A stretch of DNA of 44,552 nt, taken from NCBI GenBank assembly GCA_002104905.1, contig MCFE01000692.1, forward strand, positions 1 through 44,552, in the 5' to 3' direction. Positions 13,403 through 26,491 of the stretch are shown here, piece after piece (within the stretch, counting starts at the first letter, position 1; each line of letters opens with the position of its first letter). Origin of the DNA: Basidiobolus meristosporus CBS 931.73. Taxonomy: Eukaryota > Fungi > Basidiobolomycota. Position numbers and translations under genes: made by a program. The notes beneath the pieces are model-generated. The model was given only the letters and a program-made list of their open reading frames with translations, had not been told where the DNA came from and did no database searches.

Positions 13403-14002
13403 ATGTTCCAAGATATCGAAAGAGTTAAGAGTTTGATTCGCGTAATCCCTGACTTCCCCCAAAAGGGAATCCAATTCCAGGACATTTTCCCAGTGTTCCA
13501 GGATCCTTTGGCCGTTGAAGCTATCATCTCCCATTTTGTTCAACACATCTTGGCCACACACTCCAAGAAAGTAGACGTAGTAGTTGGTATGCTAGCCCCC
13601 TCCGTCAGGTCTCTCGGCCAGTCCAAGCTAATCATCCAACCTCTTTGAATAGGTCTTGATGCTCGTGGCTTCCTCTTCGGTCCCTTGATCGCCCTTCGCC
13701 TCGGTGCCAGCTTTGTCCCAGTTCGTAAGGCCGGCAAATTGCCAGGGGAAAACATCAAGGCTATCTATGAGAAAGAATACGGAACTGATGAGTTCGAGAT
13801 GTCCGTTGGTGCCATTAAGCCTGAAAGCAACGTTATTGTCGTAGATGACCTGGTCGCCACCGGCGGAAGTGCATTCGCCGCCGGTGAATTGGTAAAGAAG
13901 AGCGGAGGAAACATCCTCGAATACCTTTTCATGATTGAGCTTGTCGATTTGAACGGTGTCAAGACTTTGCCTGCCCCGTCCTACGCCTTGATCAAGGTTT
14001 GA
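13403..14002 (+). CDS. APT1: Adenine phosphoribosyltransferase
   Basis: IPDFPQKGIQFQDI, G/LDARGFLFG, PVRKAGKLPG, YEKEYG and the PRPP motif VIVVDDLVATGGS. One intron at 13587-13652. Confidence 0.96.
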
Positions 14003-14952
14003 TGTTTCCTGGCTGTAGGTCGAGTTGACCAAAGCAACTGACAACTGCTGATCAGCATAATAGAAGTCATTGATTGTTTCCGTGTAAGTAGTAATTCGCA
14101 ATAAATATCCTGGCTGCAGTTCGTTGCCTTGTCATAGTTGGCGCATTCCAATACGTCTTGCAAGTGGCGCAGAATGAGTGGATTTGTAATACGTATTGAT
14201 GTTCATGATCACTTTAAGTTTGGTGGCTTAGCGGAATTTCGGGTGTTGCTTCTTTTTCCACAAAGATTCTATTGAAACCGTGACAAATGATTCTATTCAG
14301 GCTACACTTCTCCCCATTCTAATTGGTAGACTAGCCACCTCCAACATGGTTCGGTAGAATTGGCATTATGCTGTGGTGCTTCATATGTGTATAGTAGTGG
14401 CTTGTTGATCCTTGCTAATTCCTGCTGCCACATGTTCTATAATATCCCACAAAACTAAACAACCTGCTAAGTATATCATCAAGACTAGGCCTGTACTCGA
14501 CAGGATATATTGGCTCTGCGCACTACGGGGATCTACATTAGGCTGCGAATTATCAACAATAAAGATCAATACTAGCAGCGTATCGTTGGCTACAGATGTT
14601 GACCCAATCAGCATAAGGATAGATGGGTTCAAGCATATCTTGCCTCCCTACTGAAACCCAAATTACTTTAAGGCCATGAAGGGGTCTTTACAAGGCGCAA
14701 ACAGGCTGGCGAGGGTAAGAACCGGAACCCAGGTCATGGAGCTTGTAGTGTTGAAGTTGGAGAAAGATGCAACATGCACTCTTCATTGATGTGCCCATGT
14801 ACGTAGGCAACTGAGCACCTACTGTTCTAGTGAATGATTTATTACTTCAGAGGTCATCACCGCTAATTATAAATACACTGAAACTTCAGTATTCCGAATA
14901 CGATAGTTTAAATTTCATCAAAAATATTGCCAAGTGGCGCATGGTGGCTGGG

Positions 14953-17900
14953 TTACTCGCCGAGGTTTTGGTGTTGAACCATGGTGAAGTATTTCTTCTT
15001 CATAGCCATCAGCTCCTGATGACTCCCTTCCTCGAGGATTCTCCCTCCTTCAAAGACGAAGATTCGATCGGCGTTCTGTATGGTGGAAAGTCTGTGTGCC
15101 ACAGCAATGGTAGTTCGTCCAGATGCAGCCTGCAACAGTAGGTTTAATGACAGAAACTTGAGGCAGTATTTGATGGATTCCGCTTACCTTGTTCAGAGCA
15201 CTCTGCACCAACTTCTCACTATGTGAATCGAGAGCCGACGTGGCCTCATCTAGCAAAAGAATCTGCGAGCTGTTGGTCAATTAGTCCTTCAAGCAATCAT
15301 ATGACCCAACCTACCTTGGGATCCCGGATTAATGCCCGGGCAATTGCTATGCGTTGCCTCTGGCCTCCACTAAATTGGGAGCCCTTGGTTCCACACTCGG
15401 TATCATAGCCATTTGGCAAAGACATGACATAGTCGTGAATGTTGGCTTGTTTGCAAACCCTTTCGACATCCTCTTGCGCAATATCGTCACGATCAGTGCC
15501 AAGCAAAACATTGAAGCGAATGCTACCCTGGTACAATACTGGCTCTTGACTAACAAGAGCGATTCGGCTTCGATGTGCACGGATATCGTGGGTGCGAATA
15601 TCCTCGTCATCAACGACCACTTGTCCACTGAGGGGGTCGTAAAATCTGGTTCGAGAGAACGCCCTGGTGAATCCATAGCCCGCATTGCTTCCCAAAAATT
15701 TCGCTTACCTTTCGATTAATGAGATGACCGTACTCTTCCCACACCCACTCTCACCCACGAAGGCGCAAAACTGGCCTGGTTTTATCTATTTGTCGTGTCG
15801 TTAGTTAGTACCAGCCTTGAAATCACGCAATACTCGGAAACGAACCGTTATGCTAAGCCCCTGGAGGACTGGGGTCTCTGGGCGTGACGGGTACCGGAAA
15901 TGAACATCCTTCAAAGTGATTGCGCCCTTGGTCTCGATGCCCTTGGTTTGGATGACTGCCGTTGGCTGGCTGTCGATCTGGGGCTTTTGGTCAAGAAGCT
16001 GGAACACATTTCCAGCCGCGATCTTGGCCTTGGTTAGATCGGGTGCCAGAGAGAACATCTGGCCAGATGCTTGCGCACTGAACAGAAGGGCTGGAAGCAC
16101 GATGAAAAACTCCGTCGAGGTATATTCCCCCCTGCTAATCAACTGAGAGCCCCACCTTTTGAATTAGAAAGTGCGTTGAGAAGTCGTCCTTGACAAATAG
16201 CATTCGGTCAGCACATACCAATACGCCAGAGAATAGATAAGATAGGATATGCTGTAGCCAAGCGCAAGCCAGAAGTTACCCGTCATGATCGACCGCAGGC
16301 TGTCGCGATACGGCCCTTCCAAGCTTTCGTGGTACAGCCGGCAAACATCACTCTCGCGGGTAAGAGCCACAACAGTCTGGATCGCGCCAATTGCCTCACT
16401 GGCCAACGCTGCAGACTTCACGTATGCGGTTTGATGGCGTTGCTAAAGGGGCAATTTATGAGCTTGAACGACCTCAGATCCAGCCAGACAATCCCCGAAA
16501 CTTACATGGAACAGGGCCACAATCCGAACACGTAGGAACCCGGAAGCCAACATCACGGGCACAGCGGCCAGCACAACAATGGCAATCTTCCATGCTACCA
16601 CGTGGGCAAGCGTGATCCCGGCAATCAAATTCGTAATGATCGAAAAGACGGTGCCTATAACGACACCAGTAAGACCGCCCATGTAATTCGCATCGGTGTT
16701 GATCATGGAGATCAAGGTCCCCGTGGAGTGCGCCTCGTCGTCAAACCATGCCATATCCTGGCTTACAATCGATCTGCGTGTGTAGGGGTCAGCAATCGAT
16801 CGGCTGGGAGATCAGATTCATATGGAGTGTACCTGAATGACATGCTGCGGATTCTCCATAGTAGTCGTTCCGAAACCCAGCCGAAGGCGCTTCCGTTGAT
16901 GGAATAAGCAAAGAGCACGACCACGGCAATCATGAAAAACCCTAGATCCGTATGAAATGAGTACTGAGTTCAAGAAACCTCGATGGTCGTGCACTCACAG
17001 AAGCTGTAGAAATCCACGTCGTGACGCAGCTGTGTTGGGTTTTCGGTTTGGCTGAGCGCCTTGATCATCTGCGCAAAGAGCACTGCCTCCACAGAATAGA
17101 CCCCACCGATGATGATCGACGCTAAGTCATGGTATGATTAGTAACGGGCCTTGGAATAATGCCGTTCTCCTCGCTTACTTATAACCCCAGCAAGAACAAA
17201 TAGTGCTTCCGGTCGGCTAGTAGCCATCATGCGCTTGATAATAGTGGATGTACCGAACTGTCGCGGGGTCTCTGTCTCTTTGACTGGAGTCAATGAAACT
17301 GATTCATCCGCCATATAAGACTTCTCCGAGGTAACTCCTGATTTGTGGTCGACGATAAACTCTCCTTTTTCTCGTGGATACTGCGTTGCTGCTTTTTCGG
17401 TGAGGACAAGCTCCTCATCAGTGGTATCAGAATCCAAAGCTTCATAGGAGAATCGTTGTGTTTCTACCAATTGGTAGTAGGCAGATTGGCGAGCAATAAG
17501 CTCGTCATGTGACCCTTGTTCTATCACTTTACCTTCAGCCCTGTGAACGTTCAGAATAAACAGTTGAGTACGAGTTCTTCACTGATGGTTGAGTAGCTCA
17601 AGGCAATACTCACATAACCACAATATTGTCGGCCTTTCTTATTGTCGTCAGCCGATGGGCGATGATGATGGTGGTTCGATCCTTGGTTGCATGCTCCAGA
17701 GCATCTTGGATGAGGCGTTCACTTTGTGTATCTAGTGCGGATGTAGCCTTGGTCTACGTCAGATCGATCGATTCGACACCAACGTGGCGGGATGTCCTTA
17801 CCTCATCTAACAGCAAAACCGTTGGATCGGCAACCATAGCTCTTGCCAGTGCTATTCGCTGCTTTTGCCCACCAGATAGCAATAGGCCCCCCTCACCCAC

Positions 17901-19788
17901 AATGGTATTATAGCCCATTGGTAGCTTGGATATAAAGGTATGAGCATTTGCCTGGCGGGCGGCCACTACACAGAGCTCCTCGATTTTGTCCCGCGATTCC
18001 TGATTCCGCTTACTATGTAACAATCCATGGGCAATATTGTCCATGATCGAGGTATTGAAAAGAACAGGAGTTTGCATAACCAAGCTCATTTGGCAACGAA
18101 GCCAATGGATATTCAAGTCCTTGATGTTGATACCATCAAGATAAATGTCACCTTCGGTTGGGTCGTAGAAACGCTCTAGGAGACTCACTTTGGGGGTTTT
18201 AACGAACCGTTAGTCTTGCCATATATATCAACCATACAGATACAAGGGTTACCGATTGTCGATTTCCCAGATCCAGAAACACCCACTATGGCCGTGGTCT
18301 TTCCACAGGGTACATCCAAGTCGATTCCTTTAAGCACTTTGATATCAGGACGACTAGGATAACAAAAAGAGACTTGACGAAACTCTATGGTCCCTTGGCA
18401 TTCGGTAGGTTTTACTCCTTCACTAGACGAGCTATCGATTGGCGAAACGCGATCGATAGTCTGAAATAGCTTCTGCCCAGCCCCCGAGGCCAACGAGAAA
18501 GTCTGCAGAAAGGGGGAAAACTGGCCAATAACGAAGGAACCTAAAATAGCAGAAGTATAAGCACAAGTGGCCAATGGCGTAATAAGCAGACTTCCCACAT
18601 ACTATCTAAAACCAGAAAAATCACTGTATAAACGGTGCCTGCGCCTTCCAGTGAACTGGATACAATGAGTCTAGACCCTTCCCAAAACGCCAAGGCATTA
18701 GCGGAATAGGCAACGAAGAATATCCCACCAAGCATAAGCGCGCCTGCGATGGCCTTGAGAAGGCCTTGTCGCTGAGCTAATGTTAAATAGTGATCGTAAA
18801 GCGCCGATAGCCGATCTTGCGAATTGAATGCCTGTGCAACACGGACATTGGCAAACACCTCCTCCGCTAACGTGCTGGCCTTCGAATGCTGGTCTGAAAC
18901 ACGAGCGGTGTATTTTGAGATAACAAACGAGCCGCCCACCATGACAACAATGAAAACAGGTACAACGGAAAACATGATTCCGGTCAGAGTGGCGTTCTTC
19001 ACGAAGCCTACAGTGAAGGCAGCCAGAAAGTAGGAGATCGATTGAATGAAGATCCCCACCTTCTCTGATGTGCCGTTCTGTATGGTTTGGGTGTCACTGG
19101 TGATACGACTGGATACCTACGACGAAGGGGTCACGTTATTCATCTTGGAAGAATTGCCATTGATTGGTCTGACAACTACCTCGCCTGCACCAAGTTTGTT
19201 GAAGTACGCGATGTTTTGTCGCAATACTGCTCGGAGATAGTTTTCACGGAGTTTCCGTGTCAGCCGCTCCCCTATCAGACTCCAGCATACAGTGTATGTG
19301 TATGTCAACAAAAAGTAGCCAATTGCGACATAAATAAGCTTCAACACCTTGTCGTTGACAGCCTCCTTGAAGATACTGGCTTGGTATGCAGAGAGGGGAG
19401 AGGACGTTTCGGAAAACTGCCTTGAGAAATCATTGATCAGGTCTCCGAACAATATACCAATAAGCGGAAGTGGAACACCAGCACCTAGAGCACATACGAC
19501 TCCAACTATGAGGAGGAGTTTGTCGAACGCTGTCGAGTATCTGTAGAGGCTAAAGTATCCGGCTCTTCTCGAGGGACTTCCTGTGGCGAGAGTATCTTCA
19601 TTCTGCTCCTCTACAAATCGACGCTGTTGCTCCCCCAGAATAGAGATAGGTTCTATGATTACTTTATCTAACTGTTTTGACTGCTCCGGGTTTCGGGCAT
19701 TTGGCTCGTTAAGGGATATCCCGAGTTCGTCATTATTCTTGCACGACTTTTCAGCTTCCGACATTCCATCTCCGGACTGAGTATGCAT
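14953..19788 (-). CDS. Full-length ABCB (MDR/P-glycoprotein-type) transporter, multi-exon; candidate siderophore exporter
   Basis: TMD-NBD-TMD-NBD layout. NBD1 has GVSGSGKST and [14 protein letters not shown]; NBD2 has [40 protein letters not shown] and [10 protein letters not shown]. The start may be 19788 or 19764 and exon boundaries were not fully resolved. The siderophore role is inferred from context only. Confidence 0.9.
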
Positions 19789-19968
19789 CGGTGTGGTTGG
19801 CACGCACAGCTAACCTACAAATCTGCAAGGTACTTTTTTTAAGGTTACCACTATAATTGATCTAGACCATGATTCGATCTGATATTTTTTTGGCATTGCA
19901 GGGTGTGTGGAGATTATTACAAGGGTAGTGTATGATGTTTGATGTTGGGGGGATGGGGAGTGGTGATT

Positions 19969-20058
19969 TTATCTGATTCAGTACTCCAAGTAGTGTACCA
20001 CAACTCTAAATATAATTCGCAGATCATGATCTGATAAATTGAGAAAGTAATCAGATAA
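19969..20058. promoter_or_regulatory. Three ATCWGATAA iron-GATA-repressor-type sites upstream of the ABCB gene
   Basis: TTATCTGAT 19969-19977, ATCTGATAA 20029-20037 and ATCAGATAA 20050-20058, plus near-match ATCTGATAT 19877-19885. These match the SreA/Fep1/Urbs1-class consensus. Confidence 0.75.
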
Positions 20059-21509
20059 CCTGATGTACATTGGTTCGGGAATTTACCACCATATTAAGAA
20101 GTCTGTTGGAATGTTTATTTCAGTTTTATATTAGGTGGATTTTTTTGGGATATAACGCCTGAGGCGCCATTTCGAATCAAGGTCATGTAATTTGTGCTGG
20201 ATGGAACAAATAGTAATCAGCAAAATAAAGGATTTCCCCGAAAGGATGCGTGCGGTTAAACACTCCTATATATAGGCAGGTTTGATATTGTTTTAGATCA
20301 AACTTCGTTGGAGTAAATCGTTGGAAAGCATATTCACTGACTAAGCAAAGCTTCTGATCCCTAGCAAATGCAGTTACAGCTTACTTGGCCATAAGCCGGT
20401 GGATATGTAACAAGGCTATCGTAAACTAGATTAATACCTGCTCTCGTTGAGCCCCATTATCATTTTGCGGACCTTACACCTTTGAAGCACATTTCGATGC
20501 TCCAACTTCTTTCAGCTAAAGCAGTAACCAGAATAATGAAACAGGGCAAAGGGATCACCGATCACTGCCCTATCCAGACCTCACCAAATACAACAATGCA
20601 TTAAGAATTGATACCTGATGATCACTATAATGCTTATTAAAGATAATCAAACGTCGGACATATACCTGTATGTCTCGCAATCCGGGAAATACTCTACTAC
20701 GAACGGTGTTTAGCTTGACACGAATAGATATTCTAGGGTCCAGGGTGCTATATACTACAGGGCTATGTGCAGTTGGTCTATTCATGTAGCCCGTATTTAC
20801 ATTGGATATGAGAAGGGTTTGTAAATGGATGGGATGTTAATTTTCTACACAAGCTCTCACAGTCAAATAAACCCTGGCATGGTTTAGTTAATAACTCCTA
20901 TCTGTACACATTAAAAATGGTTAGAATCTCATCTCTGTACTACCCCTCTCGGTCTCCTAAGGAGGGAGGAAAATTTTTCAGCTTAAGCTCATTTGATAAG
21001 GAAGTATTGCACCGCCAATTTTTTAGAGTTGGATCACACAATTGGGAATCTCTACAACACATCGAGGAGATTCTGTTAACGAGAGACGAACTAGCTAGTG
21101 AGCCCTCCTCAATAATACAGCTGTAGAAGGATCTGCAGTGGTATCTTTACAAGCATGGCCACGAAAGAGAGAATACCGATTCCTTAACCATATGCTAATG
21201 AGGTAACCAATAGGACACCGTGTACCCTGACCCTTCACAGAAATGAAGATCTCGGATAAACCCAGAAGAAAATAGGCATGAGTTTCTCCCATGTAGAAGG
21301 CAAGTTTTGGCTGCTGAGTGAAGGCATCATCAAGTGTATTGTTAAAATAGAATGCATATCTCTTCTAAAAAGCGACCAAAGCCATTACGACATTTCCATT
21401 CAATGCCTAGCGCCTGGATCGCCTTGGTTGGTAGAGTACCATCTTGGTGAGCTCTGATTGGGTAATTATGCATAGCGATATATTAGCTCTGAAGGCTCAT
21501 AGGAACTCA

Positions 21510-21847
21510 TTATCAGATTTGCTACGAACAATGTTAATTCATGATCGTGAAAACAATTTCATATAGATTCATTTATGGGAAACTTAGAATGGGGCTAGAG
21601 AATCTGATAGCCACCACACTATTCAAATTAGGGTGCACGGCATTTTAGGAAATCGTTTTCAAGCTGCTACCACCTAGCTGCATGTCACCATTATCTACTC
21701 GGCCTTGGAGTAACCTATCCGGAAATAGCACTTCATTGGTACGCTGTCGGCATGATCCGCTGCCCCCAAAAGTTCCAAGATATAAAAACTTCGTCCTCCT
21801 TGAACAGCGATATTCATTCCTACTATTTCTTCTAACGGATCTGATAA
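21510..21847. promoter_or_regulatory. ATCWGATAA sites and TATA box upstream of the monooxygenase-acyltransferase fusion
   Basis: TTATCAGAT 21510-21518, near-match ATCTGATAG 21602-21610, TATAAAA at ~21781 and ATCTGATAA 21839-21847 just before the ATG. Confidence 0.7.
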
Positions 21848-21859
21848 CCTTATTCAGCA

Positions 21860-24130
21860 ATGGCAGCAGGACACGAAAGCGAGTACACTAACGAGTACGA
21901 TATCTTGTCAGTAGGCTTTGGACCAGCGGGGCTCTCCATCGCTATTGCGCTTACCGAGGCTGAAGGAGCTTCGCGAAATGGCAAACTCTCCCAGGAACAT
22001 CTACGGGTTTGCTTTATTGAGAAGCAGGATTCCTTTGTTTGGCACGAGGGAATGCTTCTGGAAGATTCCAAGATGCAAATCAGTTTCCTCAAAGACCTGG
22101 CCTCGATGCGTGACCCTAGGAGTTACTTCACCTTCCTTAATTATCTTCATCAGAAGCAGAGACTACTCTCATTTTCGAACTTGGGCTCCTTCTACCCCTA
22201 CCGCTCCGAGTATAATGACTATATGGCATGGGCTGCTTCCCATTTTGCCGATGTCTGTCATTTCGGAGAGCAAGTTGTTTCCATTGAGCCCGTCGTTACT
22301 GAGCGAACTCAGGTGGTAGAACGCTTGAAGGTTACATCAAAAAGGCTGACTGACGGAGCTAGTATTGTGCGAATCACCAAGAACGTGATTGTAGCAGTTG
22401 GAGGACAGCCTCACATCCCTGAGCTGATTGCTGAATATAATGCAAAGGACCTCCAGAACTACAATCGGATTATCCACTCCTCCCAGTATGCATATCGTGT
22501 ATCCAAGTCGCTCCCAGATAATGATTGTGCTTATTCCATTGCTGTGGTTGGAGGTGGCCAAAGTGGAGCCGAGATATTCTATGATTTGACCTCTCGTTAT
22601 CCCAATTCACGCGTGTCCCTTGTTCTACGCGATACGGCCTTACGCCCATCAGATGATAGCCCCTTCGTGAACGAAATATTCGATCCCTCATTCACTGACA
22701 CCTTCTATAACATGTCCCCTGAAAAGCGCCAGGCCACGTTGAAGCGCGAAAAAGCCACCAACTACTCAGTAGTTCGTCTCGAGCTGATTGAAAGGATATA
22801 CGGACTTTTGTACAAGCAGAAGCTTCCTGGACACTCGGAGCAACATAAGATCCTCTGCTCTCGCAAGGTTCTTTCGGTCATTCCTTCGGAGGACAGTGTT
22901 ACTTTGAAGCTGGTAAGCACCGATGAAACCGGACCAAAGGAGAACATTGGCGTTGAAACCGAGCATAAGTTTGATGCGGTCTTCTTTGCAACTGGCTACG
23001 AAAGACACCTCCACAAAGAGATTCTCGGCCCCATGTCCCCTTACTTATGCACTGATGAGAATTCCCAAATGTTGCTTCAAAGAGATTACCGACTTCAAAC
23101 CAACTCCAATTGTCGTGCTGGTATTTACCTCCAAGGGTGTTGTGAAAGTACCCATGGACTTAGCGACTCCCTTCTTTCTGTGCTCCCCATCAGAGGTGCT
23201 GAGGTCGTACAGTCTATGATCGACAATGACCCCAGCCTTCGCAGCGTAGTCTCCGCCGGATCTGCCCTGGAAAAGGAGTTATCATCCGCCTTCCAAAAGA
23301 GTGGAACCGATCGCAAGGCTGAGAAAACTACCGAGGAAAACGCACAGAATTCCACTCTTCCATCCCCACCATCCACAAGACCACTCACACCTACTGGTGA
23401 TGAGCTTTGGGAATGGGTTGAGGATGTCGACTCGGACAACGCTAGCTTCGGGTGGTTGCGCTACTCTGGCCCTTCTATGGATTTCAACAAACATATTGAT
23501 GGTCATCCTCCTCGCGTAGCCAGACCTCCAGCAGGCCAATTGCTATACCGCCGCTATATTCCCGCACTTGGGCAAAGCTTATCTCTCAGAGTGGCTAGCC
23601 TAGAGCAGGATATTGACCATTTCCACCGTTGGATGAATGACCCTCGAGTTTCTAAGTTTTGGGGTGAAGATGGCCCAATTGAGCATCAAACGAAGTATCT
23701 TTCCGGTTTGCTGGAGGATAGCCATGCCATGCCGGTGATTGGGCTCTTTGATGATGAATGCTTTGCATACTTCGAGATCTATTGGTCTAAGGAAGATAGA
23801 CTTGGTAAATACTACGAAGCTGAGAACTTCGACCGTGGAATTCACATGCTGGTTGGTGAGCAGAAGTTCCGTGGTCCCCATCGTGTGGAAGCATGGATCC
23901 CATCCTTGGCCCACTACATTCTCTTGGACGACGCACGCACTCAAAGAGTAGTTTCGGAGCCAAGAGCAGACAACGATAAAATGATTGGATATCTTCAGAA
24001 GTACGGCTTCGAGAGACACAATGATATTCAGCTACCACACAAGCGTGCCGCGTTGATGATTTTGCCTCGTGAGCATTTTGCCGAGACCAAAATCGGATCC
24101 AAACTATTCCGCTCAGCCGAGTCAAACTAG
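21860..24130 (+). CDS. Bifunctional L-ornithine N5-monooxygenase (SidA/PvdA-type) fused to an IucB/AlcB-type N-hydroxy-amino-acid acyltransferase; intronless, 756 aa
   Basis: The N-terminal part has VGFGPAGL (FAD), MQISFLKDL, VVGGGQSGAE (NADPH), RPSDDSPFVNEIF, ATNYSVV, FATGY and HGLSDSLLS. After a S/P-rich linker, the C-terminal part has RWMNDPRV..FW, YFEIYWSKED, DRGIHMLVGEQKFRG, EPRADN and PHKRA. Confidence 0.92.
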   Translation: MAAGHESEYTNEYDILSVGFGPAGLSIAIALTEAEGASRNGKLSQEHLRVCFIEKQDSFVWHEGMLLEDSKMQISFLKDLASMRDPRSYFTFLNYLHQKQRLLSFSNLGSFYPYRSEYNDYMAWAASHFADVCHFGEQVVSIEPVVTERTQVVERLKVTSKRLTDGASIVRITKNVIVAVGGQPHIPELIAEYNAKDLQNYNRIIHSSQYAYRVSKSLPDNDCAYSIAVVGGGQSGAEIFYDLTSRYPNSRVSLVLRDTALRPSDDSPFVNEIFDPSFTDTFYNMSPEKRQATLKREKATNYSVVRLELIERIYGLLYKQKLPGHSEQHKILCSRKVLSVIPSEDSVTLKLVSTDETGPKENIGVETEHKFDAVFFATGYERHLHKEILGPMSPYLCTDENSQMLLQRDYRLQTNSNCRAGIYLQGCCESTHGLSDSLLSVLPIRGAEVVQSMIDNDPSLRSVVSAGSALEKELSSAFQKSGTDRKAEKTTEENAQNSTLPSPPSTRPLTPTGDELWEWVEDVDSDNASFGWLRYSGPSMDFNKHIDGHPPRVARPPAGQLLYRRYIPALGQSLSLRVASLEQDIDHFHRWMNDPRVSKFWGEDGPIEHQTKYLSGLLEDSHAMPVIGLFDDECFAYFEIYWSKEDRLGKYYEAENFDRGIHMLVGEQKFRGPHRVEAWIPSLAHYILLDDARTQRVVSEPRADNDKMIGYLQKYGFERHNDIQLPHKRAALMILPREHFAETKIGSKLFRSAESN

Positions 24131-25043
24131 CTCGCCGAAGACTGAAGCATAGCCATGACCCATGCACTATACAACCTAGCACTCGTTTTCATAGAGTATT
24201 CAGTGATCATAATTATTGACAAATCCTATATTCAAATAAAGCCTAACCGATGTATATTTTACACCTGCTGCCCTTGAACATGAATTTCATCTCAGCTGTG
24301 GTACGCGATGCAGCCAAACAAATGCTTCCGTGTCTTCAATGATGGCGCGCTGCATACCTGGCATTCCACTACGATGTTTCGCTGATGCAGCCGTGGTCTG
24401 CGTTGTTGTTCCTGTGTGATCTAGAGTAATACAACCACTGCAATCATTATCTAAATCCCGCCACTCAAAATCAGATAAGTCCAATCATTTGATCTGATAT
24501 TCGGGTGTGAAACATTACACTAGATACAGCAGTGAGACGGATCTCAACACCAAAGATCTATTCGCTCCTACATGCACAAATATAGACTATACTTCCTGTT
24601 GTGCCTCAGATATATAGTGCTTGTAGAATCTGATTACTCCAGCTGGTTGAATAGGACAGCACGTTGGGCCAAGCTAGAGTTAGCCGTGTTGATGCAGAAT
24701 CTGACTCACGGGATTGTTGATAATTTTAATTCCATATATCCAAGTGTTGCTCAGATTAGCAAGTCCCCAGCAGGACCATCTCCGTATATAGGCTACAAAT
24801 AAAACCCCAAACAACGTCGGTATTGGAAGAGAGCAAGTCCATTTGTGCTGGGATTCTTGGCAGCATGCAGACCCGAGGTTGAACAAGGACTGGTATGGAA
24901 AGTAACGCACACGTCTGTATGGTACAGTCACCGTTTTATTATTGAATACCCATTCAGTGTTGAATAATACATGCATATACTAGCGCAAACAAACATCGAT
25001 CCCACGAAACAATCCAACGCTATGTAGTTCTATAGGCCCCTTT

Positions 25044-26373
25044 TCAATGTGCTGAATGGGACAGTTCGTAGCCGAAAAACCGCCAGAACTTTGCAACGCC
25101 AACGTCCTTTTTGAATATGCTAGTAATGAAGTCACCAACGACAATGAAGCCAATCTGTGCAACGCCTCCGGTACGCCCAACGCTAAACGAGATCATTTGC
25201 ATTGGGGCCCGGAATCTGCTCAGTTTCTGCATTGGCTTACCGACTTGCTGAAGAATGAGCTTGAATATATTATCTGCAGCAATTGTTCCTTGTCTATATG
25301 CAATCCCAGCCAACTTTTCACTCCACATGTTACAGACATCTCCAGCTGCAAAGATATGGGCGAGCTCGGAAGACTCCAGTTGCATAGTAGGTAGAACTTT
25401 GATGAGCCGGCTCTTCTCCTCGAGCACGCCTCCGTACTTGCCGTCCAAGTTTTTCAGGAACGAGGAATTGGGATCGGCGCCGAAGCAAAGGAACTAAATA
25501 CAAAAGAGATGGTTAGAAACAATATATGTCCCAGCATTGATAAAGCCAACAAACCTGAATATCAGTTTCAAATACCCTCCCACTAGTTGAGGTCCAGGCC
25601 CTTCTGGTGTAATGTGTCTTGGTCAAGTCCTCTTGTGAGAATATGAGGCGTTCATTAAATACCACCTCTACTCCACGTTTAGTCAAGCTCTTGTGTGCTT
25701 GAGATCTGCATCTATCCGAAACGTTTCCAGGTAGAAGTTTATCACGGCTGTGAATAAGGGTAACCTTTTTCTCCGGAAAATCATCTGCGATCTCGCCGGC
25801 AAGTTCAATTCCATTGCATCCTCCACCAACAATTAAGACATCCTTCGCTCCCTTAATTGCCTCGATTGTTTCTTCTGCAATTCGAATGCCGGTCTTCTTG
25901 TTTAATGATTGGGTATCAATGGGTGTTGGGTACGACAACCCGGAAGAGACCATCAGATAGTCAAATGCTACGGTTTCTCCAGATTCAAGGATCACCTCGT
26001 TTTTACGAACATCTTTGACAGAGGCGTTGACGACTTTGTGCTTCTTATCCTTGAAGAGCCTGTCGCGGGGGATCCACAGTTTCCTGGCAAATCCATTCTC
26101 GACCATCGCCCGGAACGCACCAATGATGAAATAGAACTCTTCTTTCTCATCGATCATCGTGATCTCCACGTTGTAGCTGCCGCATTTTTTCTCGAGCAAT
26201 TTGGCAGCACCAATTCCACCAAACGATGCACCTATGATAACGATTTTGATGGGTGCCTTCAATGCCATCAGTTCCGCGATTTTTTTGCTCGACGCTATCC
26301 AGTAATAGCTCACAACAAGTCCAACACCTGTGGCAATAGAAGCGATTATAGAGTTCATGGTTTGATGATCCAT
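25044..26373 (-). CDS. AIF/AMID (FSP1-like) FAD-dependent pyridine nucleotide-disulfide oxidoreductase with N-terminal membrane anchor
   Basis: IVIIGASFGG, DYLMVSSG, VLIVGGGCNGIELAGEI and IFAAGD. Hydrophobic N-terminus IIASIATGVGLVVSYYWI. One intron at 25494-25554. Confidence 0.88.
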
Positions 26374-26491
26374 TCCATTCCTTGATTTTAAAGCTAATTT
26401 ATGGCATCTGATCGGGAAAATGGCTATGTATTATCCCATGAAGTGCTGCATGGACATGCACAAGGTTGTAATCAGGTGTTACATGAAAAGG

